A stretch of 64,000 nt of DNA from Podarcis erhardii. Lineage: Eukaryota. The position numbers were made by a program, and so were the translations under genes. Below, one piece after another: positions 1 to 13,670 of the stretch. The stretch lies in assembly GCA_964252035.1 (NCBI GenBank), contig OZ176202.1. The stretch is one strand, 5' to 3'. Position 1 is the first letter of the stretch. Each line of letters begins with the position of its first letter. A model generated the notes under the pieces. The model made no database searches, was not told where the DNA came from, and saw only the letters and a program-made list of their open reading frames with translations.

Positions 1-1779
1 ATGGCTATAAGAGGCTAAAGATTCACTTAATACAGAGTTCATTTCATGTCACATATGTTATGTAACCATTTTGTAAAATGCTGATTAAGTGGTGGCAACA
101 TTTGATCCAGATTTTTGCAGTGTAATTTTTCTCACCTGCTTACTTCCCGGTTGCCACTTTGCTCTCTGCTTATCAAACATGAAAGGCACAAGTCCCAAAA
201 CTGGATATGACACTTTGTTCCAAGTGGATTTGCTCTGAGCAGTAGACTAACATGATTCTGCTTCCACCCCATTATTTGCCAAAGGAATAATGCATTGTTT
301 CAAGCTGAAACATTAGAAGAACAAGCCTCACTCCTACCTCAAGTTGCCTAAAGTATTTTACATTTTACCGTTATGAGATATTCAAAACTTAAACTGGTAC
401 CCACACACTTTCTGTTCTTCAAGATTACAACAAAGGTGAACTTTCTTTACATTTCTTTATGATGATGATAAGTTTAGACATATTGTGCCATAACTACAAC
501 TATCACAAGGCCTGTGAAAGCTATCATGGCTCACAGATTACAGCTAGAACTTCCTTACAATGTGAACACATTACTAGTCAAGAGAAAAGAGATTGCCAAG
601 TATCATTTCAGTTGACCCTGGGAACTGGCCTATCCACTTCCGCTGTGTCATCTTTGCTTGCCCAGTGACACATACACAACTCATCCTATTCCATACCCCA
701 CTTCAAAACAAACTTCTTCCATGAAATCTTTTCTGCCCCTTTTCAGTTGAACCTTCATCAACCTGGTGCCCTCCAGATGTTTTGGCCTACAAGTCCCATT
801 AGCCTCTGCTCACAAGGCAGCTCAAATGCAAGCCTTGTCCTCCTTATACCGATTCAAAGCCAGGAAATGTTCGATTTCGCTTTTTAAAATAATATTTAAA
901 AAAACCAAATAGTAGCCCCTGCATATTCTTATGCAGGGACAGAATGCCTTGTATATTCTATGCCGTGCTAAGCACACCTTTGTTGCTAGATAGCTAAAGG
1001 AATTCCTGAGGAAGGCCAAATTTGTCCAGGTGCAGCGCTTCCAAATATGATAAGAAAGAAAGCCAAAGTTCAGAGCCCCATCAGTTGCCCTCTGCTTCTT
1101 GTTATCTGCTGCCACTTCCTAACAGAAGCTGTTTTGTCCCACCTATTTCCCAAGCCACCACAGATATCACTGTGTGAAATAAACTGGCAGCTGCCAGAAG
1201 ACAGTGGCGGCATTGCAAATGGAGTATTGGCTGCACTGTAGCCCAACATTTTGCTGCCCAGTTCTGAGCTTGCCCCACTGATAATAACCTCTCTGCAGGG
1301 TTATGCTAGGGCATATAACCATAGCAGCTTGTATGTTATATATGGCAGAAGGTTTCAAATCCTGGTCCAACGAGCTTCCCCAAAATGTAACTGAAATCAG
1401 TGTCAGGTCCCATTACAATGCAGATCAAAAGAAATTGGAGGAGAGAGGGAGGGACCAGGGTCAGGTGAGGTCTAACTTATTCCAGGAAAGATAAAGTAGG
1501 GGTGGGGGGGGTGAAGGGGATGCATTATTTCTAATGGTAGCAATCAACATAAAGAACGAGAATAATAGACTATTGCATTATGTAGCAAAGCAGTGAATTG
1601 GGGCTTACATTGTGCTTTATTTCGTGATCCAGATAAGACATTTCATATATGCACATCACCAGATGTCTTGCAAACAAGCGATGGTCTAAACACTGAACTC
1701 GTCACAAGGATGCTAGCCTCTAGTGACAATATTTATTTACCTAAAATATTTATATGCTTCCCTTCATTTTGCAAAATTT

Positions 1780-2260
1780 GCAAGGTGAATAAAACAACAA
1801 CTCCCAAGACTGTTTCACAACAATAATAAAAAAACAATATCATGCACAGTAGAATGCAACATTAAAACCAACCCAACAAATACAAGCATAAACCCAGCAG
1901 AATCAGTAAAAAAACCAACCCTGAGTTTAAACCAGCTTCAATGACATGCTGGAAGGTCTGGGTAAATCATTGCCTGGTGTCAGAAGGACATCAGATTCAG
2001 TGCCAAGTGAGCCTCATGGGAAAGGCATTCCACCTCCACACGGGACAATTGAGGGCACAGCACACAACAGTCACCACCAGCTCAGCTTCAGAAGAGTGGA
2101 AGGACTCAAGGAAGGGTCATTGATGAGGACTGTAAAGTTTGGTCAGCTCAGGTGGGGAAAAATAGTCTTTTAGAGGTATCTGGGTCCTAAGCTGTTTTGA
2201 GCTTTTAAAAGCAGCAGAAACTTTGACTGTGCTTGGTAACTGAATAGCAGCAAGTGTTCT
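1780..2260 (-). mobile_element. L2 LINE 3' fragment
   Basis: GGGAAAGGCATTCCAC and CCAAGCTGTTT-like L2 3' signatures read on the minus strand, with an A-rich tail side; boundaries approximate. Confidence 0.5.
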
Positions 2261-3083
2261 CATTTTTCAAAACAACTATTTCCCACAGCCATTCCCAATT
2301 AATAGTCAAGCATCTCTGTTTTGAACTGAAGTTTCTGAAATGTCTTCAGAGGAAACCCCACATACTTCAGTCTAATATGGAGATTACTAGGAAATGGATA
2401 CCAGTAGCCAGGTATTCTCTCCCTCCAAGGGGAATCATAGCTGATGCAAAGGCAAAAGAACAGGGAGGCACTGATTTGAGCTATAAAAGTAGATGCAATC
2501 CAAAAAGTGCAGGAAAAATAGCTTTCAATGTAGAGACATTCCAACAAATGTTTTGCATCAGACATGCTGTGAACAAATTGGCTCTTCCTCAGAGGGTTCA
2601 AAATTCAGCTCAAAATTCTAGTCTACCATTCTAGTCCTATTCTTGCAAGGGCACAAGGCCCGCTTACAATTACATGCCTACAATACATTGTGCACATGTG
2701 CGTCAGTGTGCATGCTGCACATCACGTCTGACCAGAATTGTGCCAATTTGTACTTTATGCTTTTGAGTATGTTTCATGGATTGTTCAATCAACAGTCGTC
2801 TCTTCATGTTTTCTGTTTGATCAAACTGCTTTCATAATCATGTGCAGAAAATAAAGTTAAATACCGATTTTCACACAGATGGAAAGCCAAATCTAACTCC
2901 CAGGGTGTGAAGGAAGAAGAAGAAGAAGAGGAGGAGGTAAAGAAGGCAAGGGATATACAGAAAGAGACATATGACTCGAACAAGAAGTTTCACAGGAAAA
3001 GCTTCAAGCTTATGTAGAAGGAACATTTAAGGAAATGACTTACATGAAACCAACAAAACTTCATTAGGAAGGAAAGCTCTTAC

Positions 3084-3190
3084 CTGTTCAGTGCAAATGC
3101 ATAATGAAACTTCACGTGATGATGCAAAGCCAAGTCAAAGGTTGGAAGTTTTTCTAATGTCTCTACCAGCTTCACAATAGAATCATAATC
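3084..3190 (-). CDS. MAP3K5: MAP3K5 coding exon 6 (107 nt); gene continues beyond the window start
   Basis: DYDSIVKLVETLEKLPTFDLALHHHVKFHYAFALN(R); AAG acceptor after a pyrimidine tract and GTAAG donor. Confidence 0.96.
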
Positions 3191-3483
3191 CTTCCAAGAA
3201 ACAGAATGAAAGGATTTATTTAAGTCATTATAGCAAGAAAGGGAAATAAGAGTAAACTTTCCTGGTGTACTTCTGACATGACAAAACGATTTAACAGTTG
3301 CACCTGAAGAGGCACAAGTTAAAGTGGACACTATAATCATAATGTTCTTCATTATGTAATGAAAGAGCTTTTACTCAACTATCCTCTTTCTGCTTCCATT
3401 CAGCTGCCACCAACTTACTTCTGAGCAGACATGCATAAAATTGCACTGTTCATTTTAAAAACACTAATTTAAGCCTGATGTCC

Positions 3484-3519
3484 CCAATGCAAGGGGGACC
3501 TCCAATGCAAGGGAGACCT
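3484..3519. repeat. 18-bp tandem duplication
   Basis: CCAATGCAAGGGGGACCT followed by CCAATGCAAGGGAGACCT. Confidence 0.85.
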
Positions 3520-5510
3520 CCATACCTACCAAGGCAACTTGCCCACCCACCAAAATGAGGGTTTGGGGGAGGGCTGCCTCCCTTTTAGTCTGTGTTATAT
3601 TGGTTGGTAGGGTAGTAATAGATCTTGATGCCTTTTTGTGTGTTTGTGGGCTGGTTCTGAACATCACCAGTTTTTCTTTTGTGAAATGCATATTCTGTGG
3701 TGCCAGAATTCCAAATGTGCCCCTGAACTGAAAAAAATAATGGGCTGCAGATGGTGACTGAATTAAGCATAATTAAGCCATATTTCTTTTTCATAGGAAA
3801 ATGGACTATTAATAGCAAATAACAAATGAGGTAAAATGAATAATTAAAGCTTTCTCTACACACAGGAATAGAAACTGACACAGGTATAATTAAGAGAGGT
3901 TATTCAAAGGGCAATTAACATAGGCTAGTTATCACCAATCCCCCACCTGTATTTATCAGGAAGTAATAAAAACAGACTGAATTTACAAGGAGGAAATGTT
4001 TCAGTTAAAAGGCACAAGAGCCTTTGAAAAGCTTCAATAATGCCTTGCATCTCCAAAGTAGACAGGCTGCTGCTTTATTGCAAAAAATGAAACAAAATAA
4101 AATGCAACTCAGGTCTCAAAAAACATTAGATGCTAACAGAAAACATTGAAATGCAACAGGCTGACAATGATGCTGTCTGGATGCCCCATAAAAAGTGAAT
4201 GAAGGATGTCAGTGTGGGTTTGTGTGAAAGCACCCTAAGAAACCAAGAAAATATAATGTGCAGTTCCTGGGCACATAGCTATATAATCATTCCAGAGCTC
4301 TCACTCAAACAGCAGCTCCTCCTGTCATACCGGAAGTGGATTTCTATATAAAGTTTGTTGGGCACAGGAAGCAGAACACGGACTGTTTGAGCAGAAGCAC
4401 TACCATAGGCTGTTAGGATTCCACAGACGGATTTTAAAATAGTTTTCATTTAGAATGATGCAAGGAGATACAAGTGAGCCCTCCTGTCTCACCCTCCTCC
4501 AAGTAGGGGTTTCTAAGCACCATCACAGGAGCATGTGAACAAGTACATGAAGGACCAGAGCTCCGTTGCAGAGCACTCACTTTAAGGTCCCAGCGTCTCC
4601 AGATAGGGCTGGGAATATTCCTGGCTTGAAGCCCTGAAGAGCTACTGCCAGTCAATGGGGGCAATATGGAGTAAGGCAGTATAAAGCAGCTTTCTGTGTT
4701 GCACTGGGACTCCTGCAGCTTAATCTGACAGTAGTTCCTTGCATACTATCAGATGTAGGGTTAACGCTACAGAAGTGATTCTCCCCCCCCCCTCACTTTG
4801 TGAAGTGCTATAGCAAGAAAGGGGATCTAAGTCAGTATGAGAGAACTTCCTATGTTGCACTAGGACTCCTTCAGCTTGCACTAAAAGTCCCAGCATAGGC
4901 ATGGAATTTTCTCACACAAATTTCTTTATAACCCAGCTACCAAACTTAACCCAGTGTTCTCCAATATGCATAATATAATAGACTTTTTAAAAAAGGAATT
5001 CAGAATCCTAGCCATTATACACCCACCCCTTTCCACAGGCCTAGGCATAGATGTACACAAAGTTGCCATGGCAACAAAGTTCTGTTTTAAAATCTGGCAA
5101 CTGCGTGAGTGCTTTCACTCTGCAGTGAGACATAAGTGCCAGTGAGCCATTTGTCCAGAGCTCCCTGCATGCGTCACCATGCTCTTTTCACTGGAAGCAG
5201 CAGCTGACCCAGATCCATTTACTGGGCAAGCATTTGCTTTGAGAATTTCCTGAAATGGGTGCCTGCAGCAGATATTAATTCCCTCTATTTCTGATGTTCA
5301 GGTGTGTGTGCCACTCACTGCTCATGTAGCCAAAACCCATGTTATGGAGCAGAGGTGTGGAACCCAAGGGCCACATTCCCTTCTGTGCAAGCTTCTGAGG
5401 GCCACACGGCCAATGGTAGGTGGGCTGAGAGACAAAAGTGGGCGGGCAAGCTAATGCAAAGTTTACTTTTGTGTGGTAGGCATTACCAAGGTTGTAGGAC
5501 ACATTTTGAC

Positions 5511-5782
5511 GGGACGAGGGTGGCTCTGTGGGTTAAACCACAGAGCCTAGGACTTGCCAATCAGAAGGTCAGCGGTTCGAATCCCCGCAACAGGATGAGC
5601 TCCCGTTGCTCGGTCCCAGCTCCTGCCAACCTAGCAGTTCGAAAGCACGTCAAAGTGCAAGTAGATAAATAGGTACCGCTCCGACAGGAAGGTAAATGGC
5701 ATTTCCGTGCACTGCTCTGGTTCGACAGAAGCGGCTTAGTCATGCTGGTCACATGACCCGAAAGCTGTACGCTGGCTCCCTC
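5511..5782 (+). mobile_element. Sauria SINE lacking its 3' tail
   Basis: Closely matches 29407 onward along its length, then stops after GCTGGCTCCCTC. Confidence 0.88.
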
Positions 5783-6283
5783 TGAGGGGGTGTGGCCTGG
5801 GAAGTGTTGTAAGGGCAGATAAGAGAGGCCTGGAAGAATAAGGTTCTCCAGTCTAGAGGGAAGTATTAGCAGGCTCAGGAAACCTACTGGTTTTACCTTA
5901 TTTATTTGTTAAATATCTATCTCCCCCACCCTACCAGGAATGCAAATGTCAAAATGATAAATCAATACAGACTTACAGTAGGAGAAAAAGACCTTTTGGG
6001 AGGGGAACCTTAATGGGGGCAAGCCTCCTCTGAAATAAGGGCCTTGTGTGTTTATTCAGCCACGGAAAGCTGACTGACCAGGGGTGTGTGGAAAACTGGT
6101 TGGGAGGTGGAACTCGAATGAAATATATGTGGAAGAAGGCACACCTGACTTCTAGGAACAGTGAACAGGAGCACTCCACAGAGTATGATTTTGTTATAAT
6201 GGATTAAATATGTTAGTAGTGAGAAGAAATATGTCGGTGGAATAACAGGAGCAATACATTCAAATTCAACAATAGGGGCCTAC

Positions 6284-6452
6284 CTGAATATCTCTGTAAG
6301 ACAACAACAAGTTTATCACAATGTCAGCAGACAGAAGCTCAATGTTATCCACCCGTTGTCGTATCCTGGCCAGTTCTGTGGCTAGTTCTTCTCCCGTGTA
6401 TAAGTTACGTGCTTTTCGAATATCATTAAGAATTGACTCCCTGAAGTATTGA
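6284..6452 (-). CDS. MAP3K5: MAP3K5 coding exon 5 (169 nt)
   Basis: (S)[56 protein letters not shown]; TTCTAG acceptor and GTAGG donor. Confidence 0.97.
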
Positions 6453-7038
6453 CTAGAATGGAAAAGAAAACTATCAATTTACGCCTGAATATTCAAGGAC
6501 AGCTACTTGATTACCTAATTCTATAGCAAACACAATTATAAAGTACGAACGTGAGGCTCTCATTCTACTGCTACTGGGGACAATAACTGGCAGTAAGAGA
6601 ACCAGGAAGATGAACCAAGGTAATGCAAAGGTGATGTCAAGAATGATAGGAGTTATAGTCCAATAACCTCTGGAGGGGCAAAGATTCCCCAACCCTGCAA
6701 TAAAGACCTACACATATGGAATGAATGCAAGAAACTGCAAGCTGATCACTTCTGTAATGCAGCTATATAACATGCTTTATCCCTTTAAATTCAGAAGAAC
6801 ACAAAATATTTGCAAATCATGGGATGCATGAACAGAAGTCACATCCCATGTTTCATATACATAGTTCAGCATGGTAAGGGATGTTGGAAGCTGGAAGAGA
6901 GTTGTGCACTTCTTTTTCTTGTAGAGACCAAGGCTCTCCTACCATATGCTATACTTGTCTCACTGATGTTTTTTCCCCTCTTGAAAGGCTTTCACATGTG
7001 AATTTGGCAGAAGATTGCATTATGGTGAGGATCCTTAC

Positions 7039-7232
7039 CTTGAGCTGGCCTGTGCCACCTTCAAAAGCTGAATGAAACGGTCAACCAAAGGTAAACATAT
7101 TGGCCCGAGCAGAAGTTCAAAGCTGGGCTGCATCAGCTCAGTTAGTCCTTTCATAAAACTGCTGTCACAACAGTAGACTTTGTTATGGGGAGTTATCATA
7201 TATGGTACGAATATGTAGTTGCCAGTGCACAT
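7039..7232 (-). CDS. MAP3K5: MAP3K5 coding exon 4 (194 nt)
   Basis: MCTGNYIFVPYMITPHNKVYCCDSSFMKGLTELMQPSFELLLGPICLPLVDRFIQLLKVAQASS; CTGCAG acceptor and GTAAGG donor; retains the GPICLP cysteine (human Cys250). Confidence 0.97.
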
Positions 7233-7993
7233 CTGCAGGAAAAATAAAAGTATACACTCTGTATGAATTACGGCATGAGAATGCTTTATTAAAGCCAAAC
7301 CGTTGGACCCACTGAAATCAATGGACTTGAATAACATGTCAATTCATTTCAATAAGTCTGATCTGAGTATGACTTAGTTGGATATAACCCAGTGCAACCT
7401 ATATTCAATGCTTTTCTGTTGATTACAGCAATCCCTTGAGGGGTTATCTGTCAAGGACCACATGCCAGTTGCAGTCAGGGCAAAAGCTAGCAGCTAGTGG
7501 GGCAAAGCCCAAAGAGGGCAGTGCACAGCCCTTTCTCTTTCTTTCTTTCTTTCTTTCTTTCTTTCCATCATCTTTATTTTATCTCTCTGTGTGTTTCTGT
7601 CCAGCTGGGAGGGGAGACAGGTTGGCTGAGAGCTGAGGGTCTCATAACATTAGACCAAAGGTTGCAGATGGCTCACATTTGCTTTAAAACAATTCAGGTT
7701 TGGGTTTGTAAGTAGTTTTAAAAAAAAGGATATTGTTTCCAAGCTCAGTGGTACACTGAATGATTACTATTTAACTTACTATTATTTCGCATTTCCACAC
7801 ATGTGGATCTGCAAGGCCGCGGACAACAACAGAGCAATAAAACATTGCTAACCCAACAGCAAAAGCAAAACTAACCACAAGGATCACAAAGAGATCAACA
7901 AAACTGCCTTGAGGTGGGGGGCTTGTTTGTTTCTTACAATCAAGCAGTATATAAACTGTATGAAATAAGCAAATAATTTCATTGGAACAGTTA

Positions 7994-8260
7994 CCGTATT
8001 TTTCTGTGAATAAGGCTAGGTTTTTTAACCAAAACATTTGGTTTAAAATTGGGGCTCGTTGTATACATGGGTAGTGCTGAAGGGTGTTTTCTTAATTTGG
8101 AGTCCCCCAAAACAGGGGGTGTCTTATACATGGGGGAAGAAGAATAAGAGTTTGGATTTGATATCCCGCTTTATCACTACACTAAGGAGTCTCAAAGCGG
8201 CTAACAATCTCCTTTCCCTTCCTCCCCCACATAAGGAGTCTTATACACAGAAAAATACGG
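7994..8260. mobile_element. Tc1/Mariner-type MITE with a nested insertion
   Basis: 21-bp TIRs CCGTATTTTTCTGTGAATAAG / CTTATACACAGAAAAATACGG (20/21); TA on the left, CA on the right. Confidence 0.78.
8136..8231 (-). mobile_element. Retroposon 3' tail fragment with a (TTC)n-like end, inserted in the MITE
   Basis: Minus strand TGTGGGGGAGGAAGGGAAAGGAGATTGTTAGCCGCTTTGAGACTCC...GCGGGATATCAAATCCAAACTCTTATTCTTCTTC resembles lizard L2-type tails. Confidence 0.5.
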
Positions 8261-10157
8261 CATGTTTTTAGTAGTTGTCTCCTCCCTAGTAACGATGAAG
8301 CTCAATGTACCTCCCTCAGGAGGGAATTTCTCAGTCAACTTACAACTACTCAAACAGCCCTACCTTGTATCACCCATGACACTTCAGATGGCAAGAAAGG
8401 TGGGCTTCTAATGACTGACTGAAGAAGTAGGTCCACGTGGTAGGTTATTTACAATGGATGTTAATGCCATGTTCAGGTGTTTTGAGTATTCAGGCAAACT
8501 TCTGTATCTGTGAATTGGGGGCAGCACAGGTACTGATGCAAGCACTGCCCTCAACCTTCCTATGTCCTCAATTCCCAACCATCTCTATGTTGTGTGTGGA
8601 AGGCCTATAGGGGCTTCTACTCAAAGAAGCCCCCTGCACACCTTCATATAACAAAGGGAAGGCCAGGAACTGAGGGGGATGTTGGGTGGGGCTTGCATGT
8701 GCCCCTCTGTGCCCCCATCTACACTGTGAGCTTTCACATTTTAGAAATTATGGTTGAAACTTCATTTCGGTGTCAGAGAGCTCAAGCAGAGTAAGATCAG
8801 TTTCTTAGTATATCTCCAGTGGTGTCCTTATCAGTGTTATACTGCTGTAGGGAACGTTACAGGGAAATCTCAGAAGATATCTAGTTTCTGTTACTGAAAT
8901 ACGAACAACCCTAAATGAGAACTTAGAGCAAAAGACTGGAATTAGAAAGTCCTGTTTCCTTAAGCCACATTGGGACTTATTTCCAAATAAAAAAGCTAGC
9001 AGTTGTATTATCTATATTCCCTCTATATAAAGATCCTGCCAGCTCTGGAGAAGCTATGACACGTTCATTATTGAGCCTGTCACCACTACACCACAACAAG
9101 GTGGTAATCTCACAGCATTCATTATTACGTCATCCAGTACTTATGCTTGGTTAGTGTGATAGCGAAATTGCCAATATTATTGTGGTGATGAGTCGGTGAT
9201 GAATCAGTTCTTCTTTCTACAGCCCTTGATGTGTCTCTTTCAGAGACCATCCATAATAACTGTATTGCGTAAGACTTATTGTTGAAAGTACTTCTCTGCA
9301 GGGTTTTCCTTTCAAACAGTTGTAACAGATGGCAAAATTTAGAGCATACTATTAAGCCCATTTCTCACATAATTTTCAGCGATCAAGTCAACATGTGCTA
9401 ATATTGTGATTAATACAAATATACAGCAGAGACTCCACTTTTACAAGGAGAAAAATAGATAGCTTGCTATCTAATAGGGATAAGACCAACACACATTTGC
9501 AGGATATTGAAATGTTGACAAACTTTCTCATCTTTCATTAGTGGAGCAATTCTCACAATTGTTTTGAGTGTGATAAGCTAGGGGTAAGGAACCTCACCCA
9601 CACTTGTATTTCATATAGCCCTCTGGATCCCCTTCCAGCCATTAGCTCTTCATCAGGGAGTTGCTAAGAGGGTTAAGAGCTTTGATGTGGTGAAATTACA
9701 AATATCTGCTGCATGAAAATCAAAACAGAAGGGGCACAGTCCTAAGCAGACTTGCGTTTCTTGCAAATATGAAAACAGCAGTCCATACATTATGCAATTT
9801 CATGCATGCAATATTCAGGATGTGATTGCATTTTGAAGTTTGAGGCTTCAAATAACTGCATTGCTTGCAGTTCAGCTGTGTGCTGACCTTATTTGCAGCC
9901 TTCTGCTGGGTTTGCTGAGTCCTTGGTGCCTTTTGCACAGTCATGATAAAGGCTGCTGAAGAGCTTTTTAAAAATTTAAACTATAAACCTTGTTTTTTTT
10001 ATTTAAAAAAAACTCTCAAGGAGGTGAAACCTGAGTGGAATTACTAAGAATTAAAACATGACTTTGTTTCCACAGGAAATCGCTCTGGGTGTATGTGTTT
10101 TAAAGGTGCATGCTTGCATGTCTAAAATGTGACCCTTGAACAGCTTTCCACTAGGGG

Positions 10158-10505
10158 AGGGGTGTCCAACAGGTCAATCGGAATCGATAGGTTGATCCCC
10201 GGCAGGTTCCAGTCGATTGTGGGCTCCTTTTACTTTGCGTTGGCATAAGAGCATCCTGCCCCAGCCCCTCACCACGGCCTCCATTTTTGCATGATCAGTG
10301 GAACAATCTGTGAGGCAGATTGTTTCCTTAGCGATTTTTGGCTGAGCGATTTTTCCCTTACCCCTTTACTCAATGTTGACATTTTCCTCCATAAAAACAG
10401 CTCAACAAATTTGAGTTGTACCCCCCCCCCAAAAAAATGGGACTTTCCTCCCTAAAAAAAAAGCTCAACAACTGATCCCCTCAAAAACATGAATGGGGAA
10501 CCTAT
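10158..10505. mobile_element. Degenerate hAT-like non-autonomous element
   Basis: GGGGTGTCCAAC-type end and recurring (A)GCTCAACAA motifs also seen, inverted, at 46.4-46.7 kb; boundaries approximate. Confidence 0.42.
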
Positions 10506-12206
10506 GCTCTTCTAGCTATTGTTGAACCCCAAGAACCCCAACTACCGTCATCTCTGGGAGCAACATATGAATATGGCAGGTTACCCTACTTTGCATTATA
10601 GAGATTTATGACAGGCGTCCAGAGGATACCAGTTTAACCTGTTAATGCGAGATAGAGCATATTAAGGTGTCAACAGCACAAAACACTTCAATATCGAAAG
10701 ACCTGTCTGCATAATGGAAACATCCAGAAGCCTCCTGTGTCTTGTTTCTAAAATATAATCTCTTTGAAACACATTTCCGGTTCCTGATGTAGCCACAAAA
10801 TATATAGAATAAAAACAAAAATATCCTGTCCATCTTCCCTACTGTTCCTCCTTTGCATGATTGCAGCTGTCTATAAAGTGTTTTGGGAATGCACTCACCC
10901 AATGATTCCCACCAGTCAAATTCTTGTAGAAGGACTGCTCCTCACACAACGGGGCTCCCCTCCCTTTCTCCCCAATACTGGCTAGGTGCGGGGGTTGAGA
11001 GATCCCCCTGAACATCACACAAGGGGAGGAGAAGGAGGACTGTTCCATCTGACAAACGGAACAGTTTAGATAATTGTGATGCCAAACAAAGGAGAAAACC
11101 CACAAGGCCAGCTTCCTTCCTCCTAATAAGTTCCAACAGTTTGAGGCAAATATGAAAGAAAACCATATTCAGCTGACAAATGGTTATTCTGAAAAGCTGA
11201 GGAACAAATGTTTCCCTGTTGTTGTTTGTTTGATTGATAAAATTTATACACCACTCAACTGTAAAAACAAAAAACCCCAAAGTGGTTTACAGAAAGGTAA
11301 AACAATAAAAGTTAACAACCATGCTTACAAACATACAAAGGTTAAAATATTAAAACAGATTAAAATTGTCATTGCTATAACCCCCTTTTCACCACTCTTC
11401 TCATTGAAAGTAGAACCACTCTCCACAATCCTATATGGTTTTGTGCACTATTTTAAAGCAGCCTGCCAGCAATTCTTCTGCCACGTCCCCAAATTAACTT
11501 GACTTTCCACATTCTGCTCCAACAACAAATTGCTGAATCCTAAAAAGACACAAGACAAGCCTTAGGCTAGGTGAGCAGTCAACAGTTGTATAGTTAGAGG
11601 TCCACCTCTGAATCTCAGAAGTTGAGGGACAAATGGCAACAACCTGCTTGTGGCTTCCTGGAAGCATCTGATGTTTGGATTACAACCATAAGAAACCAAA
11701 TGCTAGACTATATGAGCCTCTAGTCTGATCATGAGAGCTTTCCTTGTGTCACGAGGATGTTGTATGGGAATTGTGGGCTAAATGCAGTTTATCAGTCCTG
11801 GGCATTTGTAAAAGCAGGAAGCTTATCTATCTGTACATAGTTTCCAAAAGCAGGAACAGGAAAGCAACTTGCTTAAAATCAAGCCAAAGGGAAGAAATAA
11901 GAGTAGGAATGGGAGAAGGGAATGCATGGGGGTAAGAATCAAGGAAGTTTGCTTGTGTGAAGGGAAAAGAGACAAATTGTAGAAAACCTGGTAAAGACAA
12001 TATGAAATGGTAAACATGGCACTAGCAACAGGTTAATTAATGTGATTTCTAGTATTTGCTGCTGGAAATTCAGGCATTTTGACCTGAGTAACAGAGATAT
12101 ATGGAATAGGTGTATCAGAGAAAACTGAGTGGCATACTTTTAAACCTTCAGCTAAGTCACAGGGCAATTCATAACACAATTTACTATTTTTGAAAAATAT
12201 ACTTAC

Positions 12207-12230
12207 ATTATTCTTCTGGCAAATAATTTC
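12207..12230 (-). CDS. MAP3K5: MAP3K5 coding exon 3 (24-nt microexon)
   Basis: TTCTTTATAG|GAAATTATTTGCCAGAAGAATAAT|GTAAGT encodes EIICQKNN and fills the gap between exons 2 and 4 (human EIICQKNT). Confidence 0.93.
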
Positions 12231-13417
12231 CTATAAAGAAAAAAATATAGATATCAATTGTATAAATTGCAGATGATAACTAATACAGAACTTTGGACCT
12301 GAATGCCATTATGCTTGTCCTTGGAATTTTGCATTTATTTTATGGGATTCCATTGCCTAGGGAGAAATCCCCTTTGTATTGAATGCAAGAGATACAGATA
12401 CAGTTACTGAACCTTCTCTTGTGCCTTTAACAGCAGCCTGGACCACAGAGATTAAAAACGGACACTTTCCCTAACATGAAGATAAAAGGGACAGGAAAAG
12501 ATTCACCATTCTGATTTATGGACTGGTGGTGACTTGAAGGCAGGCTTTTTCGATGTTAGCACCAGCATCCGAAATATGAGAGCCCCATCTGTACTGGCAT
12601 TCCACTGTTTTTTGAAGGCACACCTGTTTACAAAGGCATTCTCTTGACCTAAGTCTCCTGTTTTAACTGCCGTGCTGTTTTCATGGAATGGTCTTACTCT
12701 ACATTTTAAATGCTGTACATTTTAACCATGTTATGTAATGTAATTTTATAAACCATTCAGAAGCCTTTTTTGGCATTAAGAAGTAGTTCGATTGATCGGT
12801 CTGATTAATAATGCTACATGTCAGACTGTTGTTGAAGGTGCAGGAGTAAAGAATTGTGGCAACCTTAGATACAAAACTGGGCAAATGTTACCAATTCCTG
12901 TTAGCAAGATAGCAGTTGAATTTGCAACAATATGCCAACCAAGGTTATTTGTTAATAAATCCATTACAATGTCCATTCTGAAGATTTGCGCCGGCACAGC
13001 TACTTGACAACTATTTTTATCCAATATATTAAATACTAGTTGCTATTATTGGGAACTCATATTCATCAGTTATCATTATGAATATCTTGCTGTGCTGTCA
13101 GTTGCCATGGACACGCCTTTGAATTGACTGCAAGGGAAGGACTTAAAAACATCCAGATGCTCCACACTATTTCTGAATGACACAATAGAAGGGATGTGAG
13201 GAAACCACAGGTTAGCTACATAACTTCATCTGTTCGAAAGTCCAAACAGCTTAGCATTTGTAGGCCTGAAGTAAGATAAGGTGTATGCTTGTGCAGAGGG
13301 AGGAGTTGTGGTTAGAACTGATTTCGTTCACTTTTATTTAAACAGTTCTATCCCACCTACTTCCCAGACAAATCAAGACAGCTAACAAACCAAAATACAG
13401 AAGTAATATTTCAAATA

Positions 13418-13670
13418 CAGTGGTACCTCTAGATACGAACGGGATCCGTTCCGGAGCCCCGTTCGCATCTAGAAGTAAACGTAAGTAGCAACGGCACGTC
13501 TGCGCACACACGCGTCGCTTTTTGCCGCTTCTGCGCATGCGCGTGACATCATTTTGAGCATCTGCACATGTGGCAAAACCCGGAATAACGCGCTCCGTTA
13601 CTTCCGGGTTGCCAAGGAGCGCAACTCGAACGCGCTCAACTCGAAGCGTATTCAACCCGAGGTATGACTG
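13418..13670. mobile_element. Tigger/Mariner-like MITE
   Basis: TA|CAGTGGTACCTC ... GAGGTATGACTG|TA; TA target duplication; CpG-rich interior. Confidence 0.85.

Noticed and set aside
1-3083. MAP3K5 exon 7 (RNLPGDRAKAL...)
   Set aside because: No matching peptide found by eye on the minus strand; presumed outside the window.
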